DNA from: a candidate division WWE3 bacterium RIFOXYC1_FULL_40_10
Lineage (GTDB): Bacteria; Patescibacteriota; WWE3; UBA101185; UBA10185
Direction: 5' to 3'
Assembly: GCA_001773215.1 (NCBI GenBank)
Contig: MEWB01000001.1
Location: forward strand, 678,099 to 742,098
DNA length: 64,000 nucleotides
Shown: in pieces, positions 57,348 through 64,000 of the stretch
How the letters are laid out: each line of letters starts with the position of its first letter
How positions within the stretch are numbered: the stretch's first letter is position 1
Translations under genes and position numbers: made by a program
Notes under the pieces: generated by a model
Database searches by the model: none
What the model was told of the DNA's origin: nothing
Seen by the model: only the letters and a program-made list of their open reading frames with translations

Positions 57348-59168
57348 TTAGGAAAATCTCGCGTAAACTCTCACTTTTCCTTCTCCCATTTTTTCTTGTT
57401 TGAATATTTCGATCGGTTGTAATTTACAAGTGTTATCAACATGGGGACCACCGCAAAACTCCTTGCTAAGAGAGCTCTCCAGGGATGAACCTACATAGTA
57501 AACCTTTACCTCGTCGGGATATGTCTCATGTTCCAGGTATCCTGCACCTGCTTCGATGGCTTTGTCTTTAGACAGCATAACAAAATTGACCGGATAACAC
57601 GCTCTTATGGCGTCGTTAACTAAAGCTGTTACTTTCTTTATTTCTTCGTCTGTGAGCTTACGATGGTGAGTGAAATCAAATCTCAGTCTCTCAGATGTGA
57701 TGTTGCTTCCAACTTGCTTTACGTGGTTGCCCAAAACGTCTTGCAATGCCATTTGGAGCAGGTGGGTAGTAGTGTGGTATTTTACAACCGTTTCACTACT
57801 ATCAGCCAAACCTCCCTTAAATTTCTTTTCCGCCCCTAAACGAGACATATCCTGATGTTTTCCGGCAACCTCATTATAAACCCGCTCAAAAGCCTGTAAA
57901 TCGACAGTTGCGGCCTTATCATCTAGATCAGCCAAAAACATCTCTACGGGATACCCAAGAGATTGGTACATATCAAAGGCTTTGGAGGCTAGTTCCTCTA
58001 AATTACTTGTATCCAGAGTGGCATACAACCTTTCAAACTCCCTACTTCCTTTTTGGAGAGTTCTCCAAAACTTATCTTCCTCCAAACTAAACACTTCTTG
58101 GATTTCCGTCCTTCTCTGAACTAAACTCGGATATAACCACTCAAACAGCTCGCAAACAATAGGCACTAGATTTACCGAAATATCTTTTTCAACTCCTAAA
58201 TTCCTGCCGTTTCGTACCATTCTCCTTAATAGCCTCCTTAGGATATAACCCTGATCTTTGTTTGACGGCATAACCCCATCCATGGCCAGAAAAACACATG
58301 CTCTTATGTGATCGGCGATTATTCTCATTGATTTGGTTATTGTCTCGGAATCTCGGTAGTTTTTTTGGCTTAGTTGCTCTATTTTTTGGATTATAGGATA
58401 GAAATTGTCTGTTTCAAAAATATCTGATTTGTTTTGTACAACCATCGCCAGCCTTTCCAAGCCTCCGCCGAAATCAACATTCTTCTGAGCCAATTCCCTC
58501 CAACCTGATTCAGTCATTTGATATTGCATAAAGACCGAATTGCCAACTTCTAAGAACAAATCGTCATTTTCACCGGGTACTAAACCAAGCTTTGGCTCAC
58601 CGTCCCCGATGTAGTAAAAAACCTCACTATCAGGTCCTCCAAGCTCCCCAATGGCTTCACCCCTCTGCCACCAGCATTGATCTTTTCCGCACGCAAACAA
58701 TCTCTCGTTTTCCTTTGCTTCAACTCCATACTTAGCAAAAATTTGTTGTAACAAAAGCAAAGTATTCTCATCCCTCGGAGAATCTTTGTCTCCTGCAAAA
58801 AAAGTCGCAAATAGCCTTTTCGGATCCAACTTTACCTGCTCAATCAAAAACTCATATGCCCATGGGAGTTGTTCCTTTTTAAAATAATCATTCAAACTCC
58901 AATTGCCTATCATATGAAAAGCAAAAGTATGGGTTTTATCTCCTATCTCGTTGATATCATCCAAGCGGATAGCTCGTTGAACATTGACTAAACGACTCCC
59001 TAAAGGATGTGGCTCTCCCGAAAGATAAGGCACCAATGGAAACATCCCCGAATTCACAAACAAAAGGGTGGGATCGCCTTCGGGGACTAGGGAAACATTA
59101 GGGATTTGCTTATGGCCCCTGGACTTGTAAAACTCAAGGTAAAGTTCTAATATCTGTTTAGTCTGCAT
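57348..59168 (-). CDS. alaS: Alanine--tRNA ligase (short form without the C-Ala domain)
   Basis: DPTLLF.NSGM, GNWS..DYFK, VD.G.GLER, ADH.R, GYILRRLLRR, HTTTHLL, EFCGGPH. Confidence 0.96.
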   Translation of the reverse strand: MQTKQILELYLEFYKSRGHKQIPNVSLVPEGDPTLLFVNSGMFPLVPYLSGEPHPLGSRLVNVQRAIRLDDINEIGDKTHTFAFHMIGNWSLNDYFKKEQLPWAYEFLIEQVKLDPKRLFATFFAGDKDSPRDENTLLLLQQIFAKYGVEAKENERLFACGKDQCWWQRGEAIGELGGPDSEVFYYIGDGEPKLGLVPGENDDLFLEVGNSVFMQYQMTESGWRELAQKNVDFGGGLERLAMVVQNKSDIFETDNFYPIIQKIEQLSQKNYRDSETITKSMRIIADHIRACVFLAMDGVMPSNKDQGYILRRLLRRMVRNGRNLGVEKDISVNLVPIVCELFEWLYPSLVQRRTEIQEVFSLEEDKFWRTLQKGSREFERLYATLDTSNLEELASKAFDMYQSLGYPVEMFLADLDDKAATVDLQAFERVYNEVAGKHQDMSRLGAEKKFKGGLADSSETVVKYHTTTHLLQMALQDVLGNHVKQVGSNITSERLRFDFTHHRKLTDEEIKKVTALVNDAIRACYPVNFVMLSKDKAIEAGAGYLEHETYPDEVKVYYVGSSLESSLSKEFCGGPHVDNTCKLQPIEIFKQEKMGEGKVRVYARFS

Positions 59169-59217
59169 GTGGGTATTTTATCAAAGCTGGCCAAATATAC
59201 CAAAAAGGAGAGCAAAA

Positions 59218-59445
59218 ATGGGAACCTCGGAGAATGTCACCGTACCATTGTTACTGATTTCACTTTGGTTCATTTTGTTGGGAGGCTTACTGGCGAAAGC
59301 AGTCATAGACAAGGCGGGGTTTTTGGCGCTGGTGCTGGGAACAATTGCCGTTCTGCTTGTATTTCCCTGCTTACTGAATCTAAAAATAAAAGCAATAAGT
59401 TTTGTCAACAAGGTTTATGGCTTCTTTTTCGGAAGATTTCAATAA
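59218..59445 (+). CDS. Small two-TM hypothetical protein (ORFan-like)
   Basis: AAGGAG SD; terminator downstream. Confidence 0.55.
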   Translation: MGTSENVTVPLLLISLWFILLGGLLAKAVIDKAGFLALVLGTIAVLLVFPCLLNLKIKAISFVNKVYGFFFGRFQ

Positions 59446-59453
59446 ATCTTTGT

Positions 59454-59492
59454 CCCTCTTTGTGATTTTGATCTCAAAGAGGGCTTTTTTTT
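59454..59492 (+). terminator. Rho-independent terminator
   Basis: CCCTCTTTG.GAT/ATC.CAAAGAGGG stem followed by T8. Confidence 0.85.
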
Positions 59493-59538
59493 GCAATTGA
59501 TCTTTACCCCCAAGAGTGCTAATTTGTACAGATAGAAT

Positions 59539-60729
59539 ATGTCGGTAACAACTATTTCAAATGATGGCGGCAATAACAAACTCACTACTGCGTTAACCTA
59601 TATATTAGGCGTCGTAGGGATAGGCTTGATTGTATATTTTGGCGGTGAATTTATTAAAAAAGTCGGCGGAATAAACAAAAATGCCGGACTTACTGTTGCC
59701 CCTTTAAACGGCCAACAGGAAGTTTTCGTCAATGACGCATCACTAGGAATAGCTCCCATGGAAGCAACGAACATCAAACCAGGACCTAATAAAATAACCC
59801 TTAAAAGCCCCGGTAGACAATATGATACAACGATAAATTTCTTGGCTAATGATTCAAAGTATTTTCATACGGTCGGAATATTTAGAGATTTGGGCACTTC
59901 TGACACCTTTTCATCGGGCCAAGACTTTTGGTTCGAAAATGATGATTCGGGAGCGTTATTGCGAATCATCTCCGATCCGGCAGGGGCTGTTATAAGCATA
60001 GATGATGTTGAGATCGGAACCACACCGTTTGTTTCTTCCAGCATTTCCGAAGGTGGCTACGATATAAAAGTAGCCTACGACGGTTACGAAACACAAGTGC
60101 CGAGAGTAAACGTAAAAAACGGCTATACCTTAAACGTCAACGTCAAATTGTTTCCCACACCTGCTCCTCTGAAACCCAAAAAAGTGGAAGGTTACAACAC
60201 GTTGTTCAACTTATCCTCACCCAACGCCGCGGTAACTGCCGATACACTATCCTGGGCAAAAGCAGTACCCTACTGGGTATCCACAAGAGGTATTACCACA
60301 GAAAGCACAAAACCCATTAAGGCTGATGCTTTCGATTATCTTGTGGACTATAAGGGAAATGTATTTGATAAGCTAGGCAATCCCGTAACTACAAAAGAGG
60401 ATTTCGCCAATCTCAAGTCCGCTAAAAAAGGTGGCTACTTAGGAAGAACTATTGATGGAGAAGGAATCACACAACAAGCCTCAGAGGCTATCGCCTTAGT
60501 AGGCTCAGGGGAGGTAGTTGTAGGGGGAACTAAATCAGCTAAGATCAACTCTACCCCTACCGGTTGGTTGAGAGTGCGAAATATTCCAGGATTAAACGGC
60601 TCCGAGATAGCCAGAGTAAATGTTGGAGACACTTATTCGATATTAGAACAACAAACAGGCTGGCTAAAAATAAAGGTTTCTCAAACTCTGGAAGGCTGGA
60701 TAAGCAGCGACTACGTGACTATATTTTAA
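59539..60729 (+). CDS. PEGA-domain plus C-terminal SH3b membrane-anchored protein
   Basis: TM; SDPAGA.ISID...IG.TP...G.Y.I....GY (PEGA); TPTGWLRVR..P...GW.KI....GWIS (SH3b). Confidence 0.85.
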   Translation: MSVTTISNDGGNNKLTTALTYILGVVGIGLIVYFGGEFIKKVGGINKNAGLTVAPLNGQQEVFVNDASLGIAPMEATNIKPGPNKITLKSPGRQYDTTINFLANDSKYFHTVGIFRDLGTSDTFSSGQDFWFENDDSGALLRIISDPAGAVISIDDVEIGTTPFVSSSISEGGYDIKVAYDGYETQVPRVNVKNGYTLNVNVKLFPTPAPLKPKKVEGYNTLFNLSSPNAAVTADTLSWAKAVPYWVSTRGITTESTKPIKADAFDYLVDYKGNVFDKLGNPVTTKEDFANLKSAKKGGYLGRTIDGEGITQQASEAIALVGSGEVVVGGTKSAKINSTPTGWLRVRNIPGLNGSEIARVNVGDTYSILEQQTGWLKIKVSQTLEGWISSDYVTIF

Positions 60730-61307
60730 TTAATTGCCCAATCAACTAAATCAGGCCTTAAAACAGTTATTAGTTTTTTCGTATCGGCCAAGTCTTCTGT
60801 CAAGCCAAGCTTTTTTTCATACCTGGCGATTAAAACCAAAACACCGGCATCATTTTTGTAGTCGCGTTTTAATTCTGAGTAGTACGCTCTAGCTTTCTCC
60901 GTATACTCATCATCCAATTCTTTAGAGGTTAAGTCTCTTAAAGCCAAAAAATAATACAAGGGAACAAGATTTCGTTTTGTCACTAAATTATTCCTATTTG
61001 CAGCCAACGAGAGATCCAAATCCTCCAGTATCTGGCTTTTTTTAGAATCGTAAGCCCCAAGGTCTGTTAATACTAAAGACGCGATTTCTACTCGGGCCTT
61101 GTTGCGGTAATAAGAGGGTTCAAGCTTATTTAATAGCACCGCTCTTCCTGCGTTATATGTTGCGCCCTGGATATCTCCTTTACTCAGCAATTCCATAGCT
61201 TTTTCACTTGAAACGTCAGCAACATATCTCTGTACAAAGATAGCAGACATAGAAAAGTACCCTGCCCAAATTGTAAGTATTAAAATTACCCGCGCTTTTT
61301 TATTCAT
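60726..61307 (-). CDS. TM plus helical (TPR-like) protein coupled to the O-antigen ligase gene
   Basis: ATGAATAA overlap with the upstream stop; A..LN..EP.Y helical pattern. Confidence 0.6.
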   Translation of the reverse strand: MNKKARVILILTIWAGYFSMSAIFVQRYVADVSSEKAMELLSKGDIQGATYNAGRAVLLNKLEPSYYRNKARVEIASLVLTDLGAYDSKKSQILEDLDLSLAANRNNLVTKRNLVPLYYFLALRDLTSKELDDEYTEKARAYYSELKRDYKNDAGVLVLIARYEKKLGLTEDLADTKKLITVLRPDLVDWAIN

Positions 61308-62520
61308 CTGTTTTTGCCCCTGCATATGCTGCAAACATCCAAAAAAGCAGTTCGGTATTAACTGTTGGCCAACCAAATATATTCGTGACCAAATACCCTG
61401 CCAATCCGGCTTTTAGATAAAAAGGAACTTTCCGAAAAACACCTACAAAAACAGCCCCCCAGAAAACCAATCCCACTACCCCTTGTTCTGCCAACAACTC
61501 CAAATAATAATTATGCGGTTTGTTTACAACAAAATCCCACTCGGAAGAAAAATTTAGTCCGGCCGGTCTAAATTTTTGAAATTCGTAAGGAAATGTCTCC
61601 GGACCAGTTCCAAAGATGAAATTTTTAAGAGAGGAAAATGCCAACGCCAAGGTCCCTTGCCATATTCCGAGTCGAATCACCCCCGGATCCGACAACTGCC
61701 CCTCTTGTGCATGCACCACAATAGCTGCCTCTGTGATTTTTCTCATATCTTGAAAGATACTCTTAACCCTATCTCCAAAAATTCCCGGGTTAAGTAGAGA
61801 AAAAGCAATCATACACACAAGCAGAAAAGTAATCCTAATATTTAAAAGCTTCTCTCTAAATAGAAAATAAAGAAAAAAAGCCAACATGACTATAAAACCA
61901 AGCATTCCAGATATCGAGTAGGTAAACCACAAACAGGCATAACACAGCAAAAAAACCAAGCTCCAAAAATTAGATTTTTTTACTAAGCTCGAATATAAAA
62001 TTACAGGCATCACCATCACAATGTATTGGGCCAACCAGTTTGGCTGGCCTATTGTGGAATGGACTCGTTGATAAGAGTAGCCATAGTGCTGAATTATTCC
62101 ATACACGCTAAGAGGTAATACAGTCAGTGCACCAACTTCCAGGATACCTAATACTCTTTTTCGGTTGAAAACATTGATCCCCACAATATATAATCCGTAA
62201 AAAACTATCGCAGACATCAACCCCCCGACAAACCTGGAGTAATACCCCCAAACTGATGTATATATGTGGCTTGAGAGCACAGTCGAAATAGAGAACGCAA
62301 CTAAATATATAGCAACCGGCCTGCTGCCAAGAGTAATTTTCTCCCATAAATTAACCTTATGGGTTAAAAACAAGGTGATTATGAAAAATCCAAATATATA
62401 CACAAACATCATCTTCGGAAACTGGAAGGCTTCGTAGGTGTTTACCGAAAGAATTATCGGACATAACAACAAAAGTATCGAGTACAAGTATTTATAACTC
62501 ATTGACTGTCTATCTCGCAT
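61300..62520 (-). CDS. O-antigen ligase/oligosaccharyltransferase (Wzy_C) family protein
   Basis: RV.STIGQPNWLA, R..IW, FGTGPETF, HNYYL..LAE.G..G. Confidence 0.9.
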   Translation of the reverse strand: MRDRQSMSYKYLYSILLLLCPIILSVNTYEAFQFPKMMFVYIFGFFIITLFLTHKVNLWEKITLGSRPVAIYLVAFSISTVLSSHIYTSVWGYYSRFVGGLMSAIVFYGLYIVGINVFNRKRVLGILEVGALTVLPLSVYGIIQHYGYSYQRVHSTIGQPNWLAQYIVMVMPVILYSSLVKKSNFWSLVFLLCYACLWFTYSISGMLGFIVMLAFFLYFLFREKLLNIRITFLLVCMIAFSLLNPGIFGDRVKSIFQDMRKITEAAIVVHAQEGQLSDPGVIRLGIWQGTLALAFSSLKNFIFGTGPETFPYEFQKFRPAGLNFSSEWDFVVNKPHNYYLELLAEQGVVGLVFWGAVFVGVFRKVPFYLKAGLAGYLVTNIFGWPTVNTELLFWMFAAYAGAKTDE

Positions 62521-62546
62521 AGTAGTAACATTTTAACAGCTGCCAT

Positions 62547-63092
62547 ATGTTCTCTAAAGTACTAATTAAATTAATAGATCAAGCAATAATTCCTGCGATA
62601 GTACTTTTGGCAACGAGAATAGTCTCTTTGGTCTTAGTAAGCAACCAGTACGGATACTCATATTCAGTGGGCGCTACAGGCTTCACAGTGAACTCTCCGG
62701 AGGAAGTTGCTAACTTAAACTCTTATTCCACATTATTTATGGCAATCGTATTGGCACTAGGTTTAACCTACATTCTTATTAAAGCCCTAGTATTTCACGA
62801 CTCTCATATCTCACCGTCGACGACTGCTAAACTGTATTCCTTAAAATTCGACTACTTAATTCAAAACTCGTATAAACTCTACACTCAAGGATCGGTTTGG
62901 CTCAGCTATCTATACCTTCTAACAGTCTTTTCAGGTTATATGGCACTAAATCAAATCGCATACATCTGGGTTTTTTACATAACATTCCTGCTGTCTCTCA
63001 TTCTTACCGTTCTGTTTGTAATGGATGTGGAACATGAGATGGCAATTAATAAGAGGGAATTTGAAGAAGCAGGTTATGACTCAGAAAACTAA
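62547..63092 (+). CDS. Four-TM hypothetical membrane protein
   Basis: Hydrophobic ORF filling the gap between genes. Confidence 0.7.
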   Translation: MFSKVLIKLIDQAIIPAIVLLATRIVSLVLVSNQYGYSYSVGATGFTVNSPEEVANLNSYSTLFMAIVLALGLTYILIKALVFHDSHISPSTTAKLYSLKFDYLIQNSYKLYTQGSVWLSYLYLLTVFSGYMALNQIAYIWVFYITFLLSLILTVLFVMDVEHEMAINKREFEEAGYDSEN

Positions 63093-63093
63093 T

Positions 63094-63279
63094 ATGGAAA
63101 AGCTACTTATGACGGTACTAAATACATTCGTATTGGCCATTTTTTTGGGAATTTTGCTTACGCCTGTTGCCAGCTTTGGATTATTACGCCTGGATAGACA
63201 GCCGTCACAAGTTCTTCCTGCGGAAACTTACAGAGAATTGCCCGAGGAAGTTGCGGAGACAACTGAAAGCACCCGCTGA
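63094..63279 (+). CDS. Small single-TM protein
   Basis: ATG 1 nt after the upstream stop; TM followed by a ..QVL.. stalk. Confidence 0.5.
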   Translation: MEKLLMTVLNTFVLAIFLGILLTPVASFGLLRLDRQPSQVLPAETYRELPEEVAETTESTR

Positions 63280-63282
63280 GGC

Positions 63283-64000
63283 TTACCCCAGATAAGGAAA
63301 GATATAAATGAAGAGCATGACCATTATTCCCCACAGAGTTACCGCAGATAGTAAAGCTCTATCGGACAGAAGAACTCTAGCCGGAGATTCCCCTTCTTTT
63401 TTTTCGTAGATTACATAAAGATATCGAGCAACGCCGTAAATAACCAGCGGAATTGTTAACATCATCCATTTGGGACTTTTTAATACCGAAGGTAAAACTC
63501 CCGAAAAAACAGTATTTTTACCCTCGGGAGATATTTGAAAAGTGAATAGCGAATAAGTAATGATGGTATAGGCTGCAGACATAGAAATCATGCTATCAAG
63601 CAATGAGTCTGGATATTGATTTAGTGTTTTCCTGGTTTTAGTTTCACCGTCCTGATTAAATTTGGCTAATATAGTTTTTTCGGAACGTCTTTTCCCAAAA
63701 GCTAAGAGTAACGAAATACCTATTGTGGTAAGAGCAAGCCATGAGGAAACCGAAGTTTCCGAGGCAAAACCACCCGCAAAAACTCTTAGCACAAAACCCG
63801 AGGCTACAACCAAAGAGTCCAAAATTATTACACTTCTAAAGTATGCGGAATACCCAAGTTGAATGAGCAGATAGGTAACTACAACCCAAGTAAAATAGGT
63901 GCCTACATAATTTAAAGCAATGTACATCGATGAAACGACAAACAGTACTGCTATGATCAATGCAAGTTTTTTAGACAACTTTCCCGAAGCTATTGGCCTA
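63283..64000 (-). CDS. UbiA-family prenyltransferase, decaprenyl-phosphate phosphoribosyltransferase-like (N-terminus outside the window)
   Basis: YS...R...ILD, GFVLRV.AG, FGKRR.E, R..L..Y, TIP...YG..RY, E.P...L..D. Confidence 0.88.
   Translation of the reverse strand, partial: RPIASGKLSKKLALIIAVLFVVSSMYIALNYVGTYFTWVVVTYLLIQLGYSAYFRSVIILDSLVVASGFVLRVFAGGFASETSVSSWLALTTIGISLLLAFGKRRSEKTILAKFNQDGETKTRKTLNQYPDSLLDSMISMSAAYTIITYSLFTFQISPEGKNTVFSGVLPSVLKSPKWMMLTIPLVIYGVARYLYVIYEKKEGESPARVLLSDRALLSAVTLWGIMVMLFIYIFPYLG

Noticed and set aside
1060-63862. Numerous 60-160 aa ORFs antisense to or nested in long genes (for example 1889-2308, 3348-3791, 32128-32619, 49775-50218)
   Set aside because: Shadow frames of well-supported genes, with no motifs or translation signals
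1-64000. Alternative genetic code (UGA=Gly, as in Gracilibacteria/Absconditabacteria)
   Set aside because: Core genes are full length under code 11, and several end correctly at TGA (rpmH, prgI)

Overview
This is a dense, AT-rich chromosomal segment that looks like a Patescibacteria/CPR genome, probably Microgenomates/WWE3-like. That assignment is inferred from gene content: shortened TsaB, MiaB, TruB and AlaS, cupin-type PGI, many GT-C glycosyltransferases, PrgI/VirB4 and DUF4012 genes. Housekeeping content: tRNA-Pro(GGG), RNase P RNA, rpmH (missed by the ORF track)-rnpA-yidD-yidC-jag-dnaN, miaA/miaB, tsaE/tsaB, truB, uppS, alaS, ftsEX, mltG, mgtA and surface-glycosylation genes. I saw no integrase, transposase, CRISPR array or rRNA. 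The most notable observations are: (1) a co-oriented cluster of a circularly permuted DsbA, a ~1300-aa secreted protein with tandem cystine-knot-like (C-C-CC-C-C) repeats and a PilX-like pilin; (2) a circularly permuted but catalytically complete M23 peptidase downstream of ftsEX; (3) an NpmA/KamB-like 16S rRNA m1A1408 methyltransferase; (4) a UDP-xylose-synthase-like domain lacking its catalytic Tyr, fused through a TM helix to DUF4012 and heading a PrgI/VirB4 cluster; (5) two expression classes, with many core genes apparently leaderless and scattered ORFans carrying their own promoter, strong SD and terminator; (6) an unannotated 27-aa basic peptide. All family calls come from motif recognition by eye; no database searches were run.
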